Shown here: positions 12,745 through 25,436 of the stretch, piece after piece
How the letters are laid out: every line of letters begins with the position of its first letter
Numbering within the stretch: position 1 is the first letter of the stretch
Source: Vitrella brassicaformis CCMP3155
Lineage: Eukaryota > Protista > Chromerida
Reading direction: 5' to 3'
Assembly: GCA_001179505.1 (NCBI GenBank)
Contig: CDMY01000802.1
Span: 197,553 to 261,552, forward strand
DNA length: 64,000 nt
Notes under the pieces: generated by a model
What the model was told of the DNA's origin: nothing
The model's input: only the letters and a program-made list of their open reading frames with translations
The model's database searches: none
Made by a program: the position numbers and the translations under genes

Positions 12745-12835
12745 CTCGAGGTCGGCCGCACATCTGGCACTCGGTGCCATGCGGCGGCGTATAGAAGTCG
12801 CCAACGCGACACTTCCAGAAGCCGGGCAAGTTGAG
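12745..12835 (-). CDS. Exon encoding a degenerate RanBP2-type zinc finger
   Basis: AG/GT-bounded exon LNLPGFWKCRVGDFYTPPHGTECQMCGRPR matches the W-x-C-x2-C-x3-N-x6-C-x2-C spacing, with C>G (GGC, one base from TGC) and N>T. Confidence 0.55.
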
Positions 12836-12913
12836 CTACATCAATGAATGGCTGCTTATCGACGAAGGCCTCAAATCATTTTTTCATTGATAGTGTCAGG
12901 TGAGATTCATTTT

Positions 12914-13870
12914 TTCTCTTCCTGAAGCAAAGAGAAGTGGGAAAGGAAACGGAGAAGTCCTGTGAATCACCGGTGGATAAGCGGTGAAGCGCTTACCTTC
13001 TTCTCGGGGCAGAATTTCGCCACGAGGCGTTCAATCAATGAAGTCGTTGTCTCCGAGGGCTCTGAAGGCAAAGCGGGTGCAGACAAGCAAAGCCAACCAT
13101 GCACGGTCGCTTACGGAGGCTTCCTTCTTTTCCCTGGCTGTCCCACATCCGGGCCTGGCCCGCCAGTTGCGTCTTGAGCCGGTCCGAGTTCACCTTTTCT
13201 CCCTTCTGTTTCTTGATGTTCTCCCCGAATGCTTCCAAGAACTCCTCAGGCCGTGGCAGCCGGCCGCCCGGTGCCCTGTGCGTGCATCAATGGAATGGAA
13301 CATGACGTCGGCTTTGTATCGCTTACCCCCCCTCTTGTTGGCCCGCTGGCCCTTCGTGTTCTTCTTTAGTGGTTTTTAGTGGTTGTACTGCACAGAAACA
13401 AAACCACACACACACACACGCACAAACATCGGTGCAGAAAGAAGCGATGAGGCCCCGGCTTACCTTCCTTGAACTCTGAGAAGGGCACCTGACTGTCTGC
13501 TCTCCGCAGGCCTCCTCTTTCTTTTTGCACCGCCATCCTTCCTCGGCAGAATCCCCCATCGTCGTCGCTATTGTACTCTGTCTTTAGCACAGCCAGATCA
13601 AAATCGATAAGCTTCAGGACGCTCTCGTCATCTTGAAAAATGCAATTCTCCGCTTTGATGGTCTCGTCTTGTGGCACTCCGTTGGGACTCCAGGAAGGTC
13701 ATGAGGTTAACGCCTTCGCACTTCTTCATCTCCACATAGAGGTCCTCCTCGTGACGCCGCTGTGGGGGTTGCCGGCGACGGCCATGTGCACGGCCTCCAG
13801 CTGCTTGCTCTGAAATGGGAGAGGCCTCTCCCACGCGGTTCTCCTCGCCTCCTTAATGACAAACGCGAGA
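12914..13870 (-). pseudogene. Heavily deleted Ser/Thr kinase remnant with the same C-terminal tail as the 9380-10845 copy
   Basis: Fragments in three frames: GNPHSGV; HEEDLYVEMKKCEGVNLMTFLES; RD-IKAENCIFQDDESVLKLIDFDLA. Subdomains VIII-XI absent. Tail VPFSEFKE and EAFGENIKKQKGEK. Confidence 0.7.
12941..13497 (+). repeat. Direct segmental duplication, copy 2 (pairs with 9395-9934)
   Basis: Same as copy 1. Confidence 0.9.
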
Positions 13871-14077
13871 AAAACAAGAAAAACGCGCTTTGAAAATGGG
13901 GCCCGTCTCTGGGGCCCGCGGATTCTCGACAGAGGATTTGAATAGATCTCATCCTCCTCGTCATGCTGTTCCTTCCTGAGCATTTTATGTGGCACAGAAC
14001 CAACAGCTTCCACCCATATGCACAAGGCAACATCCATGATAAATCCACTCGAGTACGTCGCGTGCACATGCATCCTG

Positions 14078-15704
14078 TCATGTGACCTCACTCATCACTG
14101 CCTCATAGTCTCTCTCAGTCATCTCAAGCGGACATGACGGGTTGGAATTGTTCAGCACCGCTTCTCTCGCCACCCATTCCATGTCAAAGGGTTGGTTGAA
14201 TGATGCAGTGTCGAAGCGCTCAGGGATGCCGCCTACCCGCTGCTGGATGTCCCGGATGGACCACAGCAGCCACTCGGTGGCCGGCAGCTCGGTGCTCTTG
14301 TCAACGTGGTCACGCAGATGGCCATACCACGACTCATCTGAATGGAAGCAGACTCGTGTATGGGTGGGTGGGTGGGTGGGTGGACAGACATGGATATTTT
14401 GTGTTGGTTTCGTACCTTCTGTGTTGGTGTTTCTCCCGCTGTTGGCCTCCTTGACGGCCGTGAGAGCTGCAGAAGCGATCTCAAAGAGCCTCTCCTCTAG
14501 CCGTGTGCCGCGGCCGCCCTCACCCTCTCCCTCAACAGCCCGCCGAAGGCACGAACTGAAGTAGGGTACCAGCAGGGTGGCATTCGCCAGACCGTGCGGC
14601 ACGTCGTATGCGCCGCCAATACTCTCCGACAGGCAGTGGACGCCGCCTACGTCAGAGTTGCTGAACGCAAGACCGGCCATCGTGGACGCCTCAGCGAGAG
14701 CCTTGAATGGATAGAGAATGGCACCTTCCTCGAGCGGCTCAGAGGGAGGGGCGGACGTGGCAGCCACAGCTGCAGGAAGGTGGACCAGGATCAGCTGGAT
14801 GGACCTGCACACATAAACAGAGACAATGACGAACGACCATTCGTGATTGATGTGGGTGAGTTACCTGATGGCCAATGCGTCTGACACTGGGTTGGCGGGA
14901 AGGCCGGTGAAAGCCTCCATGGCGTGTGTGAGCGCATCGAATGCTGCACACAACACACACGGCAAACAGGGATGGAAAGAGGCTCAAGTAACTGATGAGC
15001 CACACACGACGGAGGGTTCACTCACCTGTCTGGGCAATCAGGTGGACTGGTAATGTGGTCAGCAGCTCGGCATCCACAATGGCCGCATAAGGATACATGC
15101 CATCACCCTTGATCGACACTGACGGACGGCACACATGACACGCACAGACACACGCGTGTGTGCCGAAGTCCATCCATCCAGTGTGCAGGTGGTGCTGACC
15201 TTTTCGCCTCGTCTTGGGATGGCTGAGCACGCTCACCCACGTGCACTCGCTGCCTGTCCCGCATGTTGTGGGGATAGCCACAAAGTGCAGCGGCCGATGT
15301 ACAAACTTGTTCCGCCCGACAAACCTTAGCAGCGCATCGTCCGCGCTCTCACTGCTCATATTAGTTGCAAGCATCGCCCCGGCCTTTCCAGCATCGATGG
15401 CTGATCCACCTCCCAGAGCCACCACAGCAGAAGCGCCCTCCGACACAGCCATCTCCCCGATCTTGCGTGCGGTGGAAAGCCTCGGATTCACCTCGATAGA
15501 GTCGAAAACAGACAGCTCCCGAGGTGCGCCTGCCGCTGTGCGTATGGCATCCATGGCCGTGTGGCACCATCGCGACGAGCGCAGCCCCTGATCTGTCACG
15601 AGGAGAACTCTGCCAGTGGGAAGCTCGTTCAGCAGGCTCGTGAGCGCGCCGTGCAGGATCCCGGGACGGATGAGCAGTCGAGTAGGGCATCGAAACACCT
15701 GCAT
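14078..15704 (-). CDS. Iron-containing (group III) alcohol dehydrogenase
   Basis: VALGGGSAIDAGK; AIPTTCGTGSE; metal ligands in FDALTHAME, GGVHCLSE and VPHGLANA; canonical introns; stop at 14078. An upstream exon or targeting extension is possible. Confidence 0.92.
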
Positions 15705-16299
15705 CCGGGATATACTCTGACGGACGGCTTGGACAGCAGCGACCCTGCAGGCATCAAACACAACACACCGACACACACGTGGATGAATAGACAGATGGGT
15801 GGCTGGGCGATGCGTGGGCCTGCACCTGCTATTGATTGATTGGCCTTGTGATAGACTGCACGCAGCAGATGAAGATCTCACAAGGCAGAGCCCCCAGAGC
15901 TAAGAGAGCTAACAGAGTTCACAAGGGAGAGCTCACAAGGCTTCTTCACTTCTACGCGGAACCCTCTTTCGGGGTGACAGAGTCTGCAAGCTTTGTTCCG
16001 ATCGCGGGGGGATTCGTGAGGGGATTGCTTCTATTGCTTTCGCGCTGTTTGTTCCGCCACATGCCCCGCACCCTACCCTCAACCACATCCACTTCTTCAA
16101 TCTTCTTTTTCCCTTTCGCTCGCGGTTTGTCGCCCGCTTTGAATGGCATGCAGGAACACACACCGAATTGCCCGAGATGCAAAGGCGTCCAAGGATCCTG
16201 AGACTCGGGTTGGTGTGGCCACACACGCGTGGAACATGCAGTTGTGATTTTGACATACATGCGCCCTGACTGGTTCACGAGACGCGAAAGACCGCCGCA

Positions 16300-16460
16300 A
16301 GCCTCATAAACCCTTTCGATTCATCCAGGTATCCAGGTTTGTTAGTCTGTCAAACAAGAGACATCACGTAAGGTCAATGCGGGTACGCCCACTCGCTGAG
16401 CTGACATGTCCATTCTATCATGACGAGACGACGCGTCCATTGCGATCACTGCTGGACGCG
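16300..16460 (+). repeat. Left arm of a diverged inverted repeat bracketing the atypical kinase gene
   Basis: 16357-16382 agagacatcacgtaaggtcaatgcgg is the exact reverse complement of 18818-18843; patchy similarity extends over about 160 bp. Confidence 0.8.
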
Positions 16461-16522
16461 CCTGCAATTGTTTCCTTTGCTGTAACGCAAACTTAAAGCC
16501 GCGTCGCAAAGAATGATGTTTT

Positions 16523-18605
16523 TTACTTTGCATCGAGTGCCAGAGAGGCTATCTCTCGCATCAGGTCGTCCTCGCCCCTCCGTGAGCAGCTCGCCTGCAT
16601 CCAGCCGATCAGCTTCTCGTACTTCGGCGTCACATGCCCGCGTGCATCCCATGGTCTTTCCATGAGTCCTCCGCGCAGGTCGACGTCCCGTTGCTTCCCG
16701 CCCAGATCGAAGGTCTTCGCGATTAAGTATGGCGAGCGCAGGCCAGCGATGAGGAGCTGGCGGCGCCCCTCGGCCTCTGCATACATTCATGACAGGGAAG
16801 AATGTACATTCCGTGTCGGGCGACGACAGCAAACGACTCGCATGACATACCTGTGCCGGCAGGAAGCCGATCGTCTGTCAGGCACTGGATGAGCTCGTTG
16901 CGTTTGAGCTCTCGAGAGTTCACGAGGCAAGATTTGGCGGGGTCCAGCAGTGCCGACAGCATCTCGAGAGCCTTCTGGTGGCCGGGGGTCTGCGCGAGGG
17001 TTACATGTACAATCCAGTAGAGCATACAGCCAAGTCTGGCTATGTCGGGCTGGAAGAGGGGCAGGCACGGCCCGAACTTTTCGGGCTTGGTGGTGATCAT
17101 CCTCGAGATGTCGATCAATTGCAGATTGTGAGCTGATATCTCAGTGGACACCATGGCCCCATCCTGCACAAAAAGAGAGAGCTGACTGCCGAGATGTATG
17201 TCACCTCGTTTACCTTGCCGGGGATCTGGAAGCCGAATGGCTCGTCGATGGCCTCTTTTTGGAGCGGAAGGAGGATGTTGCCGCTGTGTGTTCCCATGGA
17301 TGCGTCCATAGTACAAATGGTATGTGTGTGTCCCACTGGTGCGTTAACTTACTCGTTCATGTCGCAGTGGTGCATGCCGTGTCCATGCATGTGATAGACG
17401 CCCTCGAGCAGAAGCAGCATCAGGAAGCGCCAAAACGGCATCTCGACTGACGAGAGGTCTCTGCCTTCGTCTCCGACAAGCGACACGCGCCCTTTGACCG
17501 ACACTGTGGCGTTTGGGTCGATCCCAGCCTTTTTGTTGATGACAAAGTCTTGCATCATGTCCAGCACCTCGCCCACTGGCACACCGGCCATCTCGTCGAT
17601 GATCAGGTACTCCTTAGCGCCCTTTGCACTCTTCGGCTCGTAGAAGTGAGGGATTCGGGGGATGGCATCGAGGATGCGCTCTGCTTGAGCCGTCTGCCAC
17701 AGGTCCTTGTAAGCCGTCTTTTCCTTAGCCAGCTCCAACTCCTGGACTCCGCTTTGGTATTCATGCTTGGACAGCTTCACGACCACAGGCAGCAGCTTGA
17801 CTTTCTCGTCTGCATCAGAGTGAGACATACAGTCATTGAATTTTGTGTCTCATCCATTTGTCGGCACATCCGTTGCTCTCTTCACTGTCCCACTCACCGG
17901 GAGAGGTCTTGAGCTTGTCTTCGGGGAAGCCAAAGGGCTTGTCGATGTGTGCTGCATACAATTGAGACACGCAGTCACAGCTGAGTCACTCGCTTTAGAA
18001 AGACAACCCCACCTTCATCGATGTCGGCAAAGACAACAACCCCGTGCGCTCCGGCGGAAGATCTGAGATACCCACACGCAGTGCCGTACAGCGTCTCAAC
18101 ACGGGAGCAAGACATGTATAGTGCCAATGGCATCAAATCCCACCTAATCTGGTACTTCTCCCCAGTGGAGGCGGCAAACTGGCCATGGCTGTCAAGCTTC
18201 TTCAGTGCGTCCCTCTGCTTCTTCTTCTTCCAGAACGTGTAGACGTCGGGCACCTGAACACAAATACACGAACGGGTCTTCCGTGAACTCGCCCTTTCAT
18301 CGATGGAGCGCAAGAAGAAAAGTGCTCACTTCCGTCTGAGGATTGCCATCTGCATCGACCGTCAGCACGTGGCAATAGACGAATTTAAGTTCACACACTT
18401 TCCTTGTACTCATTGGCTTCATGAAACGCTTCAGGCCCGCCCTTCCCGTTGCAAGAGACCGAAGAGAAAACGCATGAGCCACTTGCGGGATGAGCACCTC
18501 GGCTGGTGAGAGCCCCAGCACCAGAACCACTGCCACAATGCGGCAAGAGGTCCACACCGGACAGGATGTGCGGATGAGACTGGGGGCGTAACGATCTGCA
18601 TGCAT
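16523..18605 (-). CDS. Atypical protein kinase-like protein with putative N-terminal signal/transmembrane segment
   Basis: Hydrophobic IVAVVLVLGLSPAEVLIPQVAHA; SAGAHGVVVFA (Gly loop); PVVVKLS (Lys); ELAKE; EYLIIDEMAG; spliced catalytic loop MHHCDMNDGNILL; LQLIDIS in place of DFG; stop at 16523. Start codon uncertain. Confidence 0.7.
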
Positions 18606-18739
18606 GCAGCCCCCACTGGAGACTCTCCATGGAACAAAAATAGCGGTTCCGGAGGATTTCCACCAGCTGATCGACTGGATGGCGGCAAGCTGCATGCTTG
18701 CTGGAGGGCCAGGAGAATCTCATGCGAGAGGTGGCCACT

Positions 18740-18903
18740 CTTCGCTCGAGCTGTGATCGTGATGGGATGAGCTGATCTGTCTGATATCGATGCGAATCGA
18801 CATCTGTGTCAGCTCAGCCGCATTGACCTTACGTGATGTCTCTCGCTTAACAGACCGACACACGGTGCACCTGAATGAATCGATTGACCAGGTTTGTGAG
18901 GCG
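18740..18903 (-). repeat. Right arm of the inverted repeat (pairs with 16300-16460)
   Basis: See left arm. Confidence 0.8.
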
Positions 18904-19430
18904 ACTTGCTGGGATGCACTAACTGGGTGGATGATGCTATCCGCCCATCCATGGGGGGGGGGGGCGATGTACATGTGTGTGTGGACGCATCTTTGTCCTG
19001 TGACTTCGGCCTTGAAGTTGGAGTCGATCATTTTCGGTCCCATCCTCTCAGCACAAACAGCCAAACAGACAGACAGACAGACAGCCAAACAGACATTCAC
19101 ACTCATGAACCGAGGCAGTGAGTGGCCGTGATTGTGTCTCTATTGTGCGTAGCACTAGAACAGAGACACAAACACCACAGCCGCCTCCCATCAACCCATC
19201 CATCCATCCATCCATCCATCAACTGCCGCACGAGTAGTCATGCAGCCAGCCAGCCAGCCACTGCGTTGCATCCGTACGTCTCGTTATCCCTCTTGTACTG
19301 TACAGGGCCGCCCACCCAGCTAACGAGAAACTCTGTGTGTATGGAATTTTGAGAGAGAGAGAGAGAGTGTGTGTGTGTGTGTGTGGAGCCTAGCCTATCT
19401 TTGCTCTCTTTCTCTTGGCCCCCCCTCCTT

Positions 19431-22400
19431 TTATTCTTCTTGCTCGTGTTTGATGCGGCGCACCTCAAAGGCATCGCTGTCATCGCCGTCAGGGGGCGAC
19501 ACAATGAAGCGACCCTTGGATGCATCACTCAACACACGCAGCAGGTTGTAACGGGGAGGCGGACGAACAGTCAGAGCCACACAGTCGAGACATGAATTGG
19601 CGGTAAAGGCCTCGGCGACACACTCGGCAAAAGAGCGGTGCATCTCCTTGGCCCTGCTCTCACTCAGACCTGACGCCCGACCTCCCCCACTTGTCATGCT
19701 GATCTCCACCTCGATGCGGCTAACTCGGCCACTCTGCATGAGGCCTCTCTCCCTCTCTATGCCTGCCCCAGCCCCCGCCCCCTCCCCACCCTCCCCACCA
19801 TAGAGCGACCAGCTGATGTAATGGCTGGTCGAGTTGGCCTTCTGCAGGTTGCCTATCGTCACATGAAAGGCTACCGTGAGCGGCCTGCCGTCCGTGGCCA
19901 AAACTCCGACACACGTAGGGATGAGACAGAGCTTGGTGTGCGGGATGGCGGCCACCGTCCTACTGAAGGTGACGCGCTCGAGAGAAGGCAGCTTTGGCAG
20001 GATGCTACCCACCCCCCCGTCATAGAACCCCGCCCCCTGCTCCTGGACCACGACTGCCTCGACGGCCGGGAAGGCGACGGCAGGGGTGGCGACCACGTAG
20101 GGGGGGAGTGGATGCGTGAAGGTGTCGGGTGCCCGCTGGATGGTCAGCTCCTTTAGGTTGCCGCACACGAAGGCGCCCACTCCGGCATGGCTCTCCTCCG
20201 CTGCGCTTGCGTGTGTGGTGAGGATGACGGTCTTCGCCTGTGCGGCGAGGACCTCCAGTGTGGGGAGGCACGGAGCCAGGTCGGCCGCAGCGCCCGAGAG
20301 GGGGAGGCGCAGCTCGACGGGCGCTGGGGGCAGGAGCATCTGCCAGCGGCGAGTGGGAAACCTTCGCCGCTGGTCGCCCACGTACGTCTCGGTGGCGTTG
20401 GGGGCCAGGCACGTTGTGCGAAACTGGTGCAGACCCTGACGCCACATACACACAGAGACACACCAATGCGATACACACGTGTTGTTTTTATGTGTTGTGA
20501 TGTTGTCTTCGTTTTGTGTTTTGATGTGTACCCGAACGATATCGACTTCTGCGACTACAGGGCGGTCGTCGACGACGAGGCCGGCAGCTGGGCGGGGGAG
20601 TGTCATCTGTACGTTGCGCAAAGCCACAACGTGGTCTCTGAAGCGATCCTCACCGCCGTAGTCGACGCCCGAAACATTCGTGAGAGTCGAGGCTGATACA
20701 CATACACACACACACACACACACGTACGCACGCAGGACGGATGCCTTCGATTACAGCCTATAAGGCCTTCGTGTGCATGTTCAAGGGGGCTGACCTGAGA
20801 TGGTGCCCTTGACGAGGTCGCCGACATCGTTGAGGTACCTCTTGGTGGCATGCCGCTCGACGACGACCGACCTGAGGCCGGCTGATGCCCGCTCCACCCA
20901 AACGCGAGGGGCCGCCGAAGCTGCGAAACTGTAGTGCACGAGCTCAACCACACCCAATTCCGTCAGCGCCGGCAACTGGTAATCACGGTCCTGAAGGCAC
21001 ACACACATACAGACACACATGCAGAGAGAGAGAGAGAGAGTGCGTTTGTGTAAGAGACGAAGGGAAGTGTGTGTGGCAGTTCTCGTTACCTGAGCGATTT
21101 GGCCCCACGATCCGAGCACGAAGGCCTTGCGCAGGTGGGGGAAGACCAGCGGCTCACCCCGCGGCTGCATCTTGATGGGCTCACGGTACAAGCCGCCTCC
21201 GAACTCATCATCCCAGTCCCTCCTAAGGCAGCCATCTGGACGAACGAATGCACACGGGCAACAGACAAGAGAGATGACATTTGTGACCTCCTGGGCACGC
21301 ACTCGCTCTGTATCACCTTGGCCTTTAGGGGCCGCTCCGTGCAGGCGGACCTCCCTGAGGGTCGCTGCCATGGCCTCGAGCAGACGCACCAGGGAGGGGG
21401 TCACCTTGAGGTTGTTGATGTGCAGATACATGCACGACGATAGCAGCTCTGAACAGCATGAAGGGAGAACCATCATATGATGATATGGATTCAGAAACCC
21501 TGCGTGTGTGTTCCTCTCTTCTTACCTGTCCATTTGGCGGCGGTGTCTGGTTTGGGGTTGCGGTTGAGCTCGACTGTTGGGTGCATGGCGGGCTGCTGGG
21601 TGGTGAGGGAGTGGAAGTGCGCGCTAACGGACGAGAGGGACTCGATGCAGAAGATGAATCCCAGGAAGCCGCCGATGCCGATGCGCTCGTCGTCGCTCAT
21701 CCACAGGAACTCAGGCAGATTCAGCAGAAACGAATGCTCCTGACAGAGGGAAAGGGAAGGCAACATTGCCACAACAACGGTATCGTCTTGCCCTCCCTCT
21801 TTGCGCGTTGCATGTTCCACGTACCTCGTTCTCGTCTTGGTTGAGAGTGTTCATCTGGTTGTGGATCATGTCCAGCTTCTTGACGAGCTCTTCCGTCTGG
21901 CCCCTGGCAGTGATGGCCGTGCTGTGCAGCTGTGCCTCGGTGTCGCGACACCCCATGGATATCAGACCACGACACTGTTGCTCAACGGCCTGACACAGAC
22001 AGACAGACAGACTCACAACAAGAGGGGAAAATGGACGTGGGATTGGTTTGTGCTGTCACCTGTATGCGGAGATTCTCGCCGTATGAGTGTGCAGGCGGGA
22101 GGGCATCCATCGCGGCCAACACAGAATGGGCCTGAGAAGAGACCAGCGCACACAACAAAGCCAACGACACGTGAATGCCGCGGCTTCTCCACCCTCCTCC
22201 CTCCCCTTGACCTTTTTACCTTGGCCCTGGCCTGCTTGACATACACGAACTGCTGTATGAGAGCATCAGCCACGCCGTCGAGCGCGGCCAGCATGTCGCC
22301 AGGACCCTTGGCCGCCACACCAGCCGCCGCATCCTGATGCATGCATCAAAACACACCACAACAACAAAATACATCCATCCATTCTGTGTGGACCGTCCTC

Positions 22401-22812
22401 TTTGTACACACGTGCGGCCCGCTACCTCCATATCATCATCGGCAGCCCCTCCCGCCCCCTCCCCCTCCGCCTCCTCCTTCATCCCATCCTCCATCTTCAC
22501 CCCGTTGTGATCACCCCCCTCCCCCTCCTGATGGGCCTCCGGCTTGACCGCGGCCTTGCCCTTGGCTGTGTTGGCGCGCCGCTGCTTCTTGCTGGCCGCG
22601 GCCGCCTTGCTGCGCCGCGTCATGACCTCCTCCTCCCAGTCCGACACCCCCTCCGATGGACTGCTGCTCTCAGCCATGACATCATGCATCTCATCATCAT
22701 CATAATCATCACCAAGACACTCGCGCTTCGTGCGATGGCGTGCGGATGCAGCTGCTGCCGCCAAGGCAGCTTTGCGTTTGGGGGGTCGCTGACGGCCGCT
22801 CTCGCTATCCAT
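19431..22812 (-). CDS. Acidic N-terminus, coiled coil, F-box-like motif and LRR-like repeats (lineage-expanded family); paralog of the 1-1487 gene
   Basis: MDSESGRQRPPKRKAALAAAAAS; LLNLPEFLW...IGGFLG...LSSVSAHF; LRR-like units FPHLRKAFV, LPALTELGV, LKELTI, FPAVEAVVV, LPSLERVTF; stop at 19431. Confidence 0.75.
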
Positions 22813-23020
22813 CACGCTACCCGGCTACTGTGCGACAAAAGGCACGCGCGCTCCGAAAGTTCGGTCTGCGAGATTTACGTTTGGACAGGAGAACCATGAA
22901 GCCTTTTACTGTCGTGGACGGCACAGAAAAAGAGAACATCCATCGGCAATGAAGTTCCCTTCCCTTATCAGTCATCCCTCCCCGTACCCCCACACAGCCA
23001 CAGCATTCTCACAGTGCTCC

Positions 23021-25277
23021 CTATGTCTCCATGGGGTCTTCGGGGGCCGAGCTCAGGCCGCTGCCGATAGTCGAGTTGAGGTCTGGACCATTCATCATGT
23101 CCGCCTCTGATACAGACGGCTGCTGCTGTTGTTGCTGCTGGTGTTGGCGAGCCGCTGCCTCAGCATTGGCCCTGTCGATGGCTCTCTGCTCCTCCTGCAG
23201 GTCAACGACTATGGGAGCGTCGGCGTCGAGGCCCTCAATCTCCTCGAGAGACATCTTGAACTTGGAGCGGATCAGATCCCGCAGATAGTCGACCCTTCTC
23301 CTCAGCTTGGGGGGCGCTGACGCGTCAGTACACAGCTCACACAGACTCTGCACACACACATGCACAACACATCGACGACAATAACACATTCGGGCAGACG
23401 TGGCCTCTATACACTATAGGCGCTGTGCTGACCGATAGGCCAGAAGTGAGGAAGTTGCCTTGCAGGAGGCTGTCGGTGAACAAGTCGTCAGGGGCCTGCT
23501 TCAGCTGTGCGTACAACACACCTGCAAGCACAACACAGACGGTGTCCTTGACTCAGAGTGCTGCTGGCTGTGTGTGGCTGCATGGCGTACGGATGAAGTC
23601 GCAGTACAGGTCAGGGTGGGCCCTTATCGAGTCCTCACAATTGCACAAGAGCGTCACCTGAGGGAGTGAAAGACAGCCACCACACACACTCGGATGCCGA
23701 TGAGCCATCAATGGATGGATGTGTGGCCGTCCGTTTCGCCATCTCACCAGGGCCTTCCACTGCTCGAAGCCGTCAAAGTTCTGCAACCAGCAAACACACA
23801 AAACAGCCGTCAGCGTAGCACACTTTTCGTGTCCATCCATCGACCCATCAGCCTTGCCTGTCCCAGCAAGAAGGCGATGTAGGCGAACTGCAGCTCTCCA
23901 AGGATGCCACGATCGTCTGAAGGGCACCATACACCATGCATCCCTCACTGCAGCTCTTCTATGGCCTGTGCTTTCGCTACCATTCCTGTAGTTAGCTGTG
24001 AGTAGCTTCTCCAGGCATGAGGACCGATCGAGAGACAGCCTCGTCACGTCAGAGGGGGACGAACCTGACGACATGCACAGCGCAAGCAGCACAGCAAATT
24101 AGTGAGTAATGAGGCTCATCCACCCTCTCCTTGCTGCGTCGAACTTTCTCCCATCCATCCATCCATCCACCCTCCCGCCCGCCCAGCCACCTGGTGGTAT
24201 CCTCGTCTTGGGTATATCGGAGAAGAAGACAGTCCCGCTGCTCACCCGGCCACGGAACGAACCTGACCCATGCGCAACACACATAGATGACATACAGCAC
24301 AGCAAGCTGAAGCACTCAGCACTTGGAAACTCACTGTCGAATGACTCCGTCGGGGCGTCCTCTGCTGCTGGCTGTGGTGGTTCTGAGGGCTCCTGTGCCA
24401 CAGCTGGCGGGGCCGACTCTGCGGATGAGCTGACGCCTCTCCTCTTTGCGGGCGGGGGTGCTGGGAGGCTCACACTCTCCTGGCCGGTGGCTCGCTCCAT
24501 CCTCCTCTTGTCCTCAGCGTCGTATTCCTTGCCGCGTGAGGCAATGCGGTGACCAACAGGCTGATCACACACACATAATACATGTCTAAGGGATGATGCG
24601 GATGGTGTTGGCTGACCTCGACTTTGTCGATGATGGTTTGTGTGATGTGGCTGGACAGCTCTGACCAGTCTGAGGCCAGCTCCAGCGGATAGGGGCCCAG
24701 ATTCTGCTCAAAGTGCAGGTTGGACACGCCATCGCCGTAACGAGTCTCCTCCTGAACCATACACATACACACACACACATACACATACACACACGGCGAG
24801 CGAACGACGATATCCCACACATCGCGACGTGCGCCATTCCCTCTCGCTATTTGTCCCTCCTGCATACATACATCTTCCGAGACGACGTCAAACACCTCCG
24901 CCTCTGCGTTCCACCGACGAACAACCACCTGCACAGCCACACGAGTGAGTGAATGAATGTCTGTCTGTCTGTCTGTCTGCCTCTCTGCCTGTTTGTCCAG
25001 ATGGTCGTCATGTGACCTGCGCGGGTTTGAGGTAGAGGAAGTATCCCAGTCTGGTATCGCCCTCCTCGCCCGGCGGACTCCAGTAGATGTAGTGCGCCCC
25101 AGGCGGGATGAGCTTGATGCCCATGAACCTCGGACCGATCTTCCAGAAGTGGTAGTCGATGCCCACATCGATGTCCTTCGGCGCGTCCAGTAGCAGGATG
25201 GTGCAGCTGCTCGCCGCGGCCTCCGAGATCAGCTCCCCGGCCGGCGGCGCGATGGGCAAACTGCGAGAAGGCATCAT
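23021..25277 (-). CDS. AAR2: AAR2 / A1 cistron-splicing factor (U5 snRNP assembly factor)
   Basis: VGIDYHFWKIGPRFMGIKLIPPGAHYIY; VVVRRWN; NLGPYP...WSELSSHIT; ELQFAYIAFLLGQ|NFDGFEQWKALV; LYAQLKQAPDDLFTD; stop at 23021. Confidence 0.9.
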
Positions 25278-25421
25278 TTCCGGAGACCCGTCGTCATCCA
25301 CTTCTTCGGATTCCTCTGATCAGACAAAGCCAAACGCTGATCGCGCAAGGCCTACCAGACCCTTCGGCACGGTTTTGGTCCCTTCTCGCGTCTGCGAGCT
25401 TAGCCATCTTTGCGAGCTCAA

Positions 25422-25436
25422 TTAGGGTTTAGGGTT
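25422..25436 (-). promoter_or_regulatory. Telo-box-like motif (AAACCCTAA) upstream of AAR2
   Basis: ttagggtttagggtt lies about 150 bp upstream of the AAR2 ATG, in the divergent AAR2/Patched intergenic region. Function is inferred. Confidence 0.3.

Noticed and set aside
25391-25405. 15-nt identity tctgcgagcttagcc with 63731-63745, both upstream of minus-strand genes
   Set aside because: About one to two 15-mer matches are expected by chance in 64 kb, so this is not significant without genome-wide enrichment.
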